Source of the DNA: Erysipelotrichaceae bacterium
Lineage (GTDB): Bacteria > Bacillota_I > Bacilli_A > Erysipelotrichales > Erysipelotrichaceae
Length of the DNA: 32,000 nucleotides
Assembly: GCA_030604855.1 (NCBI GenBank)
Contig: JAUVVC010000003.1
Location: 204,247 to 236,246, forward strand
Direction: 5' to 3'
Shown here: one piece after another, positions 24,844 through 32,000 of the stretch
How the letters are laid out: each line of letters opens with the position of its first letter
Numbering within the stretch: position 1 is the first letter of the stretch
Program-made: the position numbers and the translations under genes
The notes under the pieces: generated by a model
Database searches by the model: none
What the model was told of the DNA's origin: nothing
What the model saw: the letters and a program-made list of their open reading frames with translations, nothing else

Positions 24844-26925
24844 ATGAAAGATTATGCAGCACATGAAGTGAAAAACATCTGTCTCTTAGGTCATTCCGGT
24901 TCGGGAAAAACAGCGGTCGTCGAAGCGATGCTTCACTTGACCAAAGTTACGGATCGGATGGGGAAAACCCTTGATGGAACCTCCGTTTTGGATTATGATC
25001 CTGAAGAAATCAAACGTGGACAATCGGTCTTCACATCGCTTGCGCCCATTGAATGGAAAGATCATAAGATCAACTTTGTCGATACACCGGGTTATTTCGA
25101 TTATGCCCAAGAAATGGAAGCCGGCTTAGCGGTTTCGGATAATGCTTTGATTGTCGTGGATGGTAAAGATGGAGTTCAAACAGGAACCTTACGTGCCTTC
25201 AAACAAGTGACAAAACGTAAACTTCCTTCCATTTTCTTCATCAACAAACTGGATGAAGAAAACGCCAATTTTGAAAAAGTGTACGATCAGTTGCGAGATA
25301 CTTTTGGTAAAACGGTCATTCCATTTGAATTGCCGATTTATGATAAAGGTCAAATCGTAGGTTCGGTCAATGTCTTGAGGAATAAAGCCTGGTATCTGAG
25401 TGATCGTGAGAATGCGAAAGAGGTTCCTGCTGAGCTCAGCGCTCAAGTGGAAGAATATCGCAATCAGATCAGTGAAGCGGTTGCGATGACCTGTGATGAT
25501 TTGATGGAAAAATTCTTCTCTGGTGAGACCTTTGATGAGGCTGAACTTGTTCAAGGGGTGCGCTTGGGTGTTCGTTCAGGTGAAATCCGTCCGGTTTATG
25601 CAGGCAGTGCAGTCAAGATGCTTGGGATTGAGCGTTTATTGGATCTGATTGGCGAGTATTTCCCGTCCTATGGTGAAATCGGAACCGTTGAAGCCTTGGA
25701 TGCTCATGATGAAATCATCAAGATGCATACCGATGAATCCGAAGCCTTCAGTGCCCTGGTATATAAAACGTTGATCGACCCCTTTGTCGGACGCATCTCA
25801 TTTGTTAAAGTCATGAGTGGTGTCTTGACCTCCGATACGCAAGTCGTGAATGTCCAAAAAGACAAAGCGGAGAAAGTCGCACAGATCTTTATCATTAAAG
25901 GTAAACATCAGTTGGCGGTAGGAAAACTCTTCACCGGTGACTTGGGTGCAATCGTCAAGCTTCAATACACACAGACCAACGATACCTTGGCTACGAAAGC
26001 CAAACCGGTACGTTATCCAAACATCGTCTTCCCAGAAGGCTTGTTGGCAATGAGCATCTGGCCTAAGAGTAAGAATGATGAAGATAAGATGAGCACATCG
26101 CTTCAACGAATTGAAGAAGAAGATCCTTCATTCAAGATGATGAAGAATGGTGAGACCAATGAATTGGTTGTCTATGGACTTGGAGACCAACACTTGGATG
26201 TCGTCGTCAATAAGTTGCGGAATAAGTATAAGGTTGAAGTGGATTTGAAAGAACCTCGTATTCCTTATCGTGAAACCATTCGATCGACCGTTACGGTAGA
26301 AGGTAAACATAAGAAACAATCCGGTGGGGCAGGTCAATTTGGAGATGTCTTCATCACCTTCGAACCATGTGACAGTGAAGATATGGTTTTTGAAGAAAAA
26401 GTCTTTGGTGGAGCTGTACCAAAACAGTACTTCCCAGCAGTAGAACAAGGACTCCGAGAAGCCATGGTCAAGGGTGTCCTAGCCGGTTATCGTGTCGTGG
26501 GTGTCAAAGCAACCTTGATCGATGGTAAGTACCATGAAGTCGATTCAAAAGAAATCGCCTTCAAAATGGCCGCTCGTCTCGCATACAAAGCAGGGATGCC
26601 ACAAGCAAAACCTGCATTGCTCGAACCGATTGTAAAAATAAGTGTGACCATTCCTGAAGAGTATACAGGTACGGTCATCGGTGATTTCAACAAGCGTAGA
26701 GGATTGATTCTGGGAATGGAATTGAATGATGAAGGTGAACAAGTCGTTTCCGCAGAAGTTCCCATGTCGGAAGTCATGCGTTATTCAACAGAACTCAGAT
26801 CCTTCACACAAGGAATCGGTACCTACACACAAGTGTTTGATCGATATGAGCCAGCACCGCAACCGATTGCCGATAAAGTCGTTGCAAATGCGAAACATCA
26901 TATGGATAATGAAGAGGATGAATAA
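24844..26925 (+). CDS. Elongation factor G paralog (EF-G2-like translational GTPase)
   Basis: 693 aa. G1 GHSGSGKT, G3 DTPGY, G4 NKLD, and the domain IV loop GKYHEVDSKEIAFK. Starts 13 nt after the ank stop, with GGAG as SD. Confidence 0.85.
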   Translation: MKDYAAHEVKNICLLGHSGSGKTAVVEAMLHLTKVTDRMGKTLDGTSVLDYDPEEIKRGQSVFTSLAPIEWKDHKINFVDTPGYFDYAQEMEAGLAVSDNALIVVDGKDGVQTGTLRAFKQVTKRKLPSIFFINKLDEENANFEKVYDQLRDTFGKTVIPFELPIYDKGQIVGSVNVLRNKAWYLSDRENAKEVPAELSAQVEEYRNQISEAVAMTCDDLMEKFFSGETFDEAELVQGVRLGVRSGEIRPVYAGSAVKMLGIERLLDLIGEYFPSYGEIGTVEALDAHDEIIKMHTDESEAFSALVYKTLIDPFVGRISFVKVMSGVLTSDTQVVNVQKDKAEKVAQIFIIKGKHQLAVGKLFTGDLGAIVKLQYTQTNDTLATKAKPVRYPNIVFPEGLLAMSIWPKSKNDEDKMSTSLQRIEEEDPSFKMMKNGETNELVVYGLGDQHLDVVVNKLRNKYKVEVDLKEPRIPYRETIRSTVTVEGKHKKQSGGAGQFGDVFITFEPCDSEDMVFEEKVFGGAVPKQYFPAVEQGLREAMVKGVLAGYRVVGVKATLIDGKYHEVDSKEIAFKMAARLAYKAGMPQAKPALLEPIVKISVTIPEEYTGTVIGDFNKRRGLILGMELNDEGEQVVSAEVPMSEVMRYSTELRSFTQGIGTYTQVFDRYEPAPQPIADKVVANAKHHMDNEEDE

Positions 26926-26950
26926 GCGTGGAGAAATCCACGCTTTCCTT
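26924..26950 (+). terminator. Intrinsic terminator after EF-G2
   Basis: AAGCGTGGA-GAAA-TCCACGCTT followed by TCCTT (weak U-tract). Confidence 0.6.
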
Positions 26951-26961
26951 AAGGGGTGTTT

Positions 26962-27897
26962 ATGGCGAAATTGTATTGCATCGGTGGGACCACCATTGAT
27001 TTAGTGGGAAGACCATATCAAAAGCTGAATCTATATGATTCGAATCCTGGAAAAGTTAAATTATCCTTAGGTGGGGTGGCACGCAATATTGCCGAGAATG
27101 CAGTAAAGTTGGATACGGAAGTGGTTTTGATGAGCTTGTTTGGAAAAGATGCCCTCGGTCAGTTTGCCCATCAACAATGCCAGAAACTCAATTTGGATCT
27201 GCGTTACAGTCGTTTCATCGAACATTCCGATACCGCAAGCTATCTGGCCTTATTGGACGATAAAGGAGAGATGTTTCTAGGCTTAGCGGATATGGAGATT
27301 CTAGGTCAGTTTGAAGAAACTGACTTTGATACGATCATTCAAGCGATGAATCCAGAGGATTACTGTTCCATTGACACGAATTTGAGTGAAGAGTTGTTGG
27401 AGCGTTTATGCGAACGTATTCCAGCAAAGATCGTTATGGATCCGATCTCCTCAAAGAAGGCACATCGAGCCAAACGGATCTTGAAACATTTGGATGTTTT
27501 TAAACCCAATAAAATGGAGGCGGAAATCTTGTGTGGATTCACCCTGGACACAGAAGAACAGATTTTTAAAGCCCTAACGTATTTCCATCAACAGGGCGTC
27601 AAAGAAATGTTCATTTCAGCGGGTGAAGCGGGAATCTATGCCCAAGTCGATGATGAGCAATACCATTTCTCACACGATGCAATTCCCGTGATCAATACAA
27701 CTGGTGCCGGAGATGCCTTTTTAGGGGTATACTTAAGTCAACGTATACGAAACAAATCATGGATCGAAGCGTGTCGATTGGGGATTTGTGCGTCTTATCT
27801 GACCATTCAAGATAATGAAACCGTGTTGGAGAATCTCAGTGCACAGGTGCTCGAAGATTGTTCAAAAATCATTAGAATCACGATAGAAAGAAAATAG
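26962..27897 (+). CDS. PfkB-family carbohydrate/nucleoside kinase (pseudouridine-kinase-like)
   Basis: LGGVARNIAEN near the N-terminus (YeiC/PsuK-like) and C-terminal TGAGDAF. SD AAGGGG lies 5 nt before ATG 26962. Confidence 0.75.
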   Translation: MAKLYCIGGTTIDLVGRPYQKLNLYDSNPGKVKLSLGGVARNIAENAVKLDTEVVLMSLFGKDALGQFAHQQCQKLNLDLRYSRFIEHSDTASYLALLDDKGEMFLGLADMEILGQFEETDFDTIIQAMNPEDYCSIDTNLSEELLERLCERIPAKIVMDPISSKKAHRAKRILKHLDVFKPNKMEAEILCGFTLDTEEQIFKALTYFHQQGVKEMFISAGEAGIYAQVDDEQYHFSHDAIPVINTTGAGDAFLGVYLSQRIRNKSWIEACRLGICASYLTIQDNETVLENLSAQVLEDCSKIIRITIERK

Positions 27898-27905
27898 GTA
27901 TCCAA

Positions 27906-28373
27906 ATGTACGAAAAATGTGTGGCATTATTATCGGAAAGAGGTGTTGAGCTAACGGACATTGCACAATGTGTTCTTTATCTTCAATCGAAATATCATCC
28001 GGAAGTCAAAGAGGATGAAATCATCACGGTCATTCAAAATGTGATCAAAAAACGCGAGGTCCAACACGCGATCATCACGGGCGTCACCCTTGATAAATTG
28101 ACAGAATCGAATCAGTTACAAGACGATGATTTGCATGCTATACTGAGTAATGACTATAGCTTATATGGGATTGATGAGGTCTTGGCATATGGCATCTGTA
28201 ACTTATATGGATCCATTGCTTTGACGAACTTTGGGTTCATCGATCGAGAGAAACCCTTGATTATCAAAGAGCTCAATGAGCATGGTCACATGTGTCATAC
28301 TTTTCTAGATGACATCGTCGGTGCGATCGCTGCGGCAGCCGCAAGTCGGATCGCACATCATAACGCAGATTAG
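27906..28373 (+). CDS. Phosphatidylglycerophosphatase A family protein (soluble YutG-like)
   Basis: 155 aa. LYGIDEV..YGSIALTNFG..HTFLDDIVGAIAAAAASR matches the YutG/PgpA-like family as I recall it. Confidence 0.65.
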   Translation: MYEKCVALLSERGVELTDIAQCVLYLQSKYHPEVKEDEIITVIQNVIKKREVQHAIITGVTLDKLTESNQLQDDDLHAILSNDYSLYGIDEVLAYGICNLYGSIALTNFGFIDREKPLIIKELNEHGHMCHTFLDDIVGAIAAAAASRIAHHNAD

Positions 28374-28381
28374 GAGGGCGT

Positions 28382-28804
28382 ATGAAGAAATTACTCATCA
28401 GTGCATTAATGATTGCCATGATTCTCAGTGGTTGTACACAAAAGGGTTTGACCCAAGTCAAGCCGGCTGAGATAACAAAGAAATTCGAAGCCAATGAAAG
28501 CTTCGTCGTCTATTTTGGACTGTCCTACTGTGCGGCGTGTAAGATTTTTAGAAGCATCGTTGAGACCGTCATCGATGAGACCGGTACGGTTGTCTACTAT
28601 GTCGAATATGACAAAGAGGATCAAGCAGTTCTTGAGGACTTGGTTAAATCCCATTTGGAACAGAATGAAGCGTTTGGCTATTCCTTCCCGATCATTTACG
28701 TGATCAGCGAAGGGAAAATCGTCGATCAGTTCTCACTGGCTCAAACTGATACCGAGGAAGAATTTAAAGATCGGTTGATTAAAAATGGAGTCATTGCAGA
28801 GTAA
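28382..28804 (+). CDS. Thioredoxin-fold lipoprotein (CxxC = CAAC)
   Basis: MKKLLISALMIAMILSGC lipobox followed by FVVYFGLSYCAACK. SD GGAGGG. Confidence 0.7.
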   Translation: MKKLLISALMIAMILSGCTQKGLTQVKPAEITKKFEANESFVVYFGLSYCAACKIFRSIVETVIDETGTVVYYVEYDKEDQAVLEDLVKSHLEQNEAFGYSFPIIYVISEGKIVDQFSLAQTDTEEEFKDRLIKNGVIAE

Positions 28805-29585
28805 AGAACTCACTTCAGTCATCAATGCTGAAGACATCAAAAAACAATTGCTTCACCTTGGCATCAAGCAAGGTGATGTTTTAGAAGTGCATGCGTCCAT
28901 GAAAGCCATTGGCTATATATTGGGTGGCTCGAATACGGTTTTGGATGCCATTTTGGACGTGATTGGATATGAAGGAACCTTGGTGATGTCCGCCCAAGCG
29001 TTTGGCAACAGTGAACCTGCCTATTTTGAACATCCGCCTGTGGATGTTGGACTTTATCAAAAGATTCGTAGTTCACACCCGGTGTATCAAAGCAAGTTTG
29101 AAGATTTGCGCTACATGGGGGCATTAGCGACTTCCTTGCAGAAAAGGCCTGCGGTTTATTTTTCCAATCATCCCATCGCCAGTTTCATGAGCATCGGCAA
29201 ACATGCGAAATGGATCACGCAATCGCATCCATTGAATGATGAATTCGGATTGCGATCCCCCTTGGCCCGAATGGTTGAATTAAAAGCGAAGGTCATATTG
29301 ATCGGTGTGGATTATGATTCTTGTACTGGCATGCATTTGGGTGAACATCTCAGTGGTGTACGAGCTCTTCAAATTCAAGGCTCGCGCATGAATGTTTCCG
29401 GTAAGGAAGAATGGGTCAAGTTTCTAACACAGGACTATGATTCGGATGATTTCAAACCGATTGGTCGAGCGATGGAAGTGCAGAATAAAATCCAAGTTGG
29501 ACTGGTGGGTAATGCGGTCACTAAAGTATTTGATTTGGAAACGGCTGTGCGCTTCACACAGAAATATTTCGAGGAAAATGTATGA
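28785..29585 (+). CDS. AAC(3)-family aminoglycoside N-acetyltransferase-like protein (YokD-like)
   Basis: 266 aa. L..LGIKQGDVLEVHASMKAIG...GG..TVLDAILDVIG.EGTLVM is the typical Antibiotic_NAT N-terminus. The start overlaps the upstream gene by 20 nt and has no clear SD. Confidence 0.7.
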   Translation: MESLQSKELTSVINAEDIKKQLLHLGIKQGDVLEVHASMKAIGYILGGSNTVLDAILDVIGYEGTLVMSAQAFGNSEPAYFEHPPVDVGLYQKIRSSHPVYQSKFEDLRYMGALATSLQKRPAVYFSNHPIASFMSIGKHAKWITQSHPLNDEFGLRSPLARMVELKAKVILIGVDYDSCTGMHLGEHLSGVRALQIQGSRMNVSGKEEWVKFLTQDYDSDDFKPIGRAMEVQNKIQVGLVGNAVTKVFDLETAVRFTQKYFEENV

Positions 29586-30022
29586 GATTCACGATGCCAT
29601 TCTTCGATCGCTTCTTAGAAGTGATTGAAGATGAAAAAGGAATTTCCAGTCTTAGCTTCACAGATGAGCATGATGCGCCGCTCACAGAACCGAACTCAAG
29701 TATGCTGGAACTCAAAGAATATGCCGAAGGAAGACGTAAGTTCTTTACGCGTCCTCTGGTTTTGAAGGGTACAGAATTCCAGAAAGACGTTTGGGATGCC
29801 CTCTTGGCCATCCCTTATGGAGAAACCCGAACTTATCAAGAGATTGCGGAGGCAGTAAGAAGACCGAAGGCACTCCGTGCCGTCGGACAAGCCTGTCATG
29901 TGAATCCGATCGGCATCATCGTGCCCTGTCACCGTGTCATTGGGAAAAATGGCAAACTGACGGGTTATGCGGGTGGCTTGGATTATAAAGTATTATTGTT
30001 GGAACATGAAAAAATGGGCTGA
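29582..30022 (+). CDS. ogt: Methylated-DNA-protein-cysteine methyltransferase
   Basis: 146 aa. GT.FQ..VW..L..IPYGET.TY..IA and the active site PCHRVIG. ATGA overlap with the upstream gene. Confidence 0.9.
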   Translation: MRFTMPFFDRFLEVIEDEKGISSLSFTDEHDAPLTEPNSSMLELKEYAEGRRKFFTRPLVLKGTEFQKDVWDALLAIPYGETRTYQEIAEAVRRPKALRAVGQACHVNPIGIIVPCHRVIGKNGKLTGYAGGLDYKVLLLEHEKMG

Positions 30023-30035
30023 TTAAGCCCATTTT
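30011..30035. terminator. Perfect palindromic bidirectional terminator embedded in two convergent gene ends
   Basis: AAAATGGGCT-GATTA-AGCCCATTTT. The ogt TGA (30020-22) and the GAF-gene TAA (30025-23) lie in and around the loop. An A-run lies 5' and a T-run 3'. Confidence 0.7.
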
Positions 30036-30490
30036 CTTATGAGTAGATTGACGACTTCGATCATGAACTCTTCCAACTCCAAATCGAAGCGATTCTTGAT
30101 CGGTGCATCGATATCCATTACACCGATGACTCGACCGTGCACGATAACGGGAATGACCAACTCAGACTCACTCGCACTGTCGCAAGCGATATGTCCTTCG
30201 AAGAGATGGACATCATCAACGTTCAGAACTTGTTTACGTGATGCAGCGGTTCCACACACGCCATTGCCCATACGGATGCGTGTGCACGCTGGAAGACCGT
30301 TAAAAGGTCCTAAGACCAAGTCATCTTCCTTTAATAAATAGAAGCCAGTCCAATTCAAATCAGCGATCATGTGATAGATAAAGGAAGCGACATTCGCCAT
30401 ATTGGCAATATAATCGGGCTCGTCTTGGATCAAAGCCTCCACTTGCTTCAAGAGTAATTCGTAGTCATTTGTTTTTTCGAGATTGTGCAT
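30023..30490 (-). CDS. GAF-domain protein, free methionine-(R)-sulfoxide reductase (fRMsr/YebR) family
   Basis: 155 aa. NWTGFYL..LGPF.G.PAC.RI..G.GVCGTAA..HIACDS.S.SE.V.P pattern. Confidence 0.75.
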   Translation of the reverse strand: MHNLEKTNDYELLLKQVEALIQDEPDYIANMANVASFIYHMIADLNWTGFYLLKEDDLVLGPFNGLPACTRIRMGNGVCGTAASRKQVLNVDDVHLFEGHIACDSASESELVIPVIVHGRVIGVMDIDAPIKNRFDLELEEFMIEVVNLLIRKWA

Positions 30491-30534
30491 AGTTTCACCC
30501 TAGCTATTTTAGCATAGCTTGTGTTAGAATTAAA

Positions 30535-30650
30535 CCGTGAACAGGGGTGCCTTATGGCTGAGATGCGAACCGCAGACCCTCATCACCTGATCTAGGTAAA
30601 ACTAGCGTAGGGAGTTACACTTTCCTTACGCCTCACGGAGGTGTTTTTTT
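30535..30650 (+). promoter_or_regulatory. TPP (THI-box) riboswitch with terminator / SD-sequestering platform
   Basis: CAGGGGTGCC..GGCTGAGA..ACCCTCATCACCTGATCTAGGTAAAACTAGCGTAGGGA core. This is followed by ACAC.TCC..GGAGGTGT plus T7, which contains the SD, directly before the thiT ATG. An extended -10 TGTTAGAAT lies at 30522-30530. Confidence 0.88.
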
Positions 30651-31145
30651 ATGAAAAACCAGCGATTAGTATTGGAAATGGCTTGGATGGCTTTGTATGC
30701 GGCTTTGTTTATCGTATTAGATTACATCTCAAATCAGATCCCCTTCTTTAGAATGCCCAACGGTGGCACCCTCGGCTTCAGTACGATCGTGCTCTTGATT
30801 GCGGCATACCATCTTGGTTGGAAAAAGGGTGTCAGTGTCGCCTTATTGACGATTCCACTTCAAGGCTTCTTTGCGCCTTACTATTTCCAACACATCCTCG
30901 GCTTTGTGATGGAATATATTTTGGCTTTTAGTGTCTATGGTTTAGCTCCATTGTTTCCAAAATACAGTGGCATCGTGATCGTGAATACGATACGATTCTT
31001 GTTGCATCTGGTCGCAGGTGTGTATTTCTGGGAGACGACATGGTGGGCATCTTTCACTTACAATGCTTGGTACATGATTCCAACGATGCTAGTTGGTTTG
31101 ATTTTTGTCCCAATCGTCGTCAAACGTTTGAGAATAAATAGGTAA
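30651..31145 (+). CDS. thiT: Thiamine ECF-transporter S component
   Basis: 164 aa with 6 TM helices. ThiT-like ..MEYILAF..GLAPLF.. and ..HLVAGVYFW.. regions, and it is controlled by the TPP riboswitch. Confidence 0.8.
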   Translation: MKNQRLVLEMAWMALYAALFIVLDYISNQIPFFRMPNGGTLGFSTIVLLIAAYHLGWKKGVSVALLTIPLQGFFAPYYFQHILGFVMEYILAFSVYGLAPLFPKYSGIVIVNTIRFLLHLVAGVYFWETTWWASFTYNAWYMIPTMLVGLIFVPIVVKRLRINR

Positions 31146-31172
31146 GAAACCTCAGCTCTATATATAATAAGG

Positions 31173-31228
31173 AAAGACAGTTTTGGTCCGAGTGGTTACG
31201 TGGCTTAAGACTGACTTTTTCTTTTTAT
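31173..31228 (+). terminator. Weak, AU-rich imperfect hairpin plus T-run; possible thiT terminator
   Basis: AAAG-A-CAGTTTT..(loop)..AAGACTG-A-CTTT followed by TTCTTTTTATT. One A/A mismatch and a large loop. Confidence 0.35.
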
Positions 31229-31275
31229 TCGAATTGAAAAAAGGTATAATAAAAAGGCACGCATAAGGAGGAGTC

Positions 31276-31809
31276 ATGAAACTTGAAGTTGGACAAAACA
31301 TAAGCATTCAAAGCTACAAGCATGACGGTACACTTCACCGGACTTGGCTGACTTCCAAAGTGTTGGCCGTTCATGATGACCACTTTGTCGTTGCGAACAA
31401 TCGAACATGGGTTGTCGAAGCGGATGGAAGACGTTGGTACACGCGTGAACCTGCGATTTGTTTCTTCTATACAAAGCGTTGGTATAACGTCATTGCGATG
31501 ATTCGTAAATCGGGTATCTACTATTATTGTAATCTTGCGTCCCCGAGTTTGTTCGATGGAGAAGCCATCAAAAACATTGACTATGATTTGGATGTGAAAG
31601 TTTTCCCGGATGGTAAAGAAATCATCCTGGATGAGGATGAGTACGAAGAGCATGGTAAGCAGATGGATTACTCAGATGCGATCAAAGATGTGGTCGAGAC
31701 AAGCTTGGCTAATCTATTGGAAGTGATTGATCGAAAGGAATACCCCTTTGACACGACGCGTGTTCAAGAATATTTCGAGAAATATCTCAGCATGTTGCGA
31801 TCTAAATAA
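31276..31809 (+). CDS. DUF402 protein (UPF0374; nucleoside tri/diphosphatase Ntdp-like)
   Basis: 177 aa. IQSYKHDG.LHR.W..YNVI.M....I.YYCN.ASP....IKNIDYDLD.KV.PDG pattern. SD AAGGAGGAG. Confidence 0.75.
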   Translation: MKLEVGQNISIQSYKHDGTLHRTWLTSKVLAVHDDHFVVANNRTWVVEADGRRWYTREPAICFFYTKRWYNVIAMIRKSGIYYYCNLASPSLFDGEAIKNIDYDLDVKVFPDGKEIILDEDEYEEHGKQMDYSDAIKDVVETSLANLLEVIDRKEYPFDTTRVQEYFEKYLSMLRSK

Positions 31810-31880
31810 AGGGATATTTAAGGCTTTCAGAGGGTTTCAAAAGAATATCGAAATTTCCTTAAGAAAGTCGATGAAAAGCG

Positions 31881-31909
31881 TTGACAGGGTTGGAATGGTT
31901 TGATATTAT
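31881..31909 (+). promoter_or_regulatory. Strong sigma-A promoter, probably an rRNA operon promoter
   Basis: TTGACA - 17 nt - TATTAT, followed by a leader typical of Firmicute rrn operons. Confidence 0.6.
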
Positions 31910-31962
31910 AAGTAGGCACTCACCGAGAACGGCAGTTGAAAAACAGCTTGGTGAAGAGCGCT

Positions 31963-31978
31963 GATCTTTGAAAACTAA
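31963..31978 (+). promoter_or_regulatory. boxA-like antitermination element in the rRNA leader
   Basis: GATCTTTGAAAACTAA followed by ..GGAAACAACGTCAATTTTA, a sequence type that precedes 16S genes in Bacillota. The 16S gene itself would start beyond the window. Confidence 0.5.
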
Positions 31979-32000
31979 ATAGGAAACAACGTCAATTTTA

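Noticed and set aside
24844-26925. The EF-G paralog as a Tet(M)/Tet(O)-type ribosomal protection (tetracycline resistance) gene.
   Set aside because: Its length (693 aa), the EF-G-like domain IV loop (YHEVDSKEIAFK) and the DTPGY/GHSGSGKT motifs fit EF-G2-type paralogs. There is no mobile-element context. A resistance role cannot be claimed from sequence.
30501-30519. The inverted repeat AGCTAT-TTTAGC-ATAGCT upstream of the TPP riboswitch promoter.
   Set aside because: It is a short, AT-rich 6-bp repeat in a divergent promoter region with no partner regulator gene. The riboswitch already explains thiT control.
31185-31215. GGTCCGAGTGGTTACGTGGCTTAAGACTGAC resembles the D-arm of class II tRNAs (Ser/Leu: GTCCGAGTGGTT.A.GG) and contains CTTAAGA, which is like an anticodon loop.
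   Set aside because: There is no acceptor stem, no complementary anticodon stem and no GGTTCGAATCC T-arm nearby. At best it is a decayed tRNA fragment. The region is more simply read as part of a weak thiT terminator.
1-32000. A search for mobile elements, prophage genes, CRISPR arrays, defence systems, toxin-antitoxin pairs, RiPP/NRPS clusters or long direct or inverted repeats.
   Set aside because: None was found. All large ORFs have housekeeping-type assignments or are lipoproteins or regulators. There are no integrase, transposase or recombinase motifs and no repeat-spacer periodicity.

Overview
This window looks like ordinary chromosome from a low-GC Gram-positive bacterium (Bacillota). 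The evidence is lipobox lipoproteins, ECF S-component genes, a divergent Rrf2/CysK pair and a Firmicute-type rRNA leader at the right edge. GC is roughly 42-43% by eye. Any finer taxonomy would be a guess. I call about 33 tightly packed protein genes and see no transposase, integrase, phage gene, CRISPR array or long repeat, so most of the window is housekeeping. Left to right: tandem glycine riboswitch-gcvT (truncated) next to lplA-lpd; small redox, rRNA-methylase and repair genes (rlmA, exoA, RumA-type); an array of four GntR/HutC regulators plus a 96-aa membrane protein; cca; a CNNM/CorC-type transporter with a strong-SD upstream mini-ORF; three surface lipoproteins (a catalytic rhodanese, a Cys-less rhodanese paralog, and a protein with a flavinylation-like motif); OYE flavin reductase; Rrf2 regulator divergent from cysK plus an ECF S-component; sodA; hemolysin-III; UMF1 MFS; PepF; a transglutaminase-like lipoprotein; an ankyrin-repeat gene fused in an operon to an EF-G2 paralog behind a promoter-miniORF-terminator leader; a mixed operon (PfkB kinase, YutG/PgpA-like, thioredoxin-like lipoprotein, AAC(3)-family acetyltransferase, ogt); GAF/fRMsr; TPP riboswitch-thiT; DUF402; and an rRNA operon promoter and leader. 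The most unusual items are (1) the A-B-A-B translationally coupled GntR array with no cognate catabolic operon, (2) the rhodanese / dead-rhodanese / flavinylation-motif lipoprotein trio, and (3) the attenuator-like leader in front of ank-EF-G2. All three are hypotheses from reading the sequence, not demonstrated systems. Hairpin and promoter coordinates were indexed by eye and may be off by 1-2 nt. In 23950-24240 my count disagrees by 1 nt with the ORF track.
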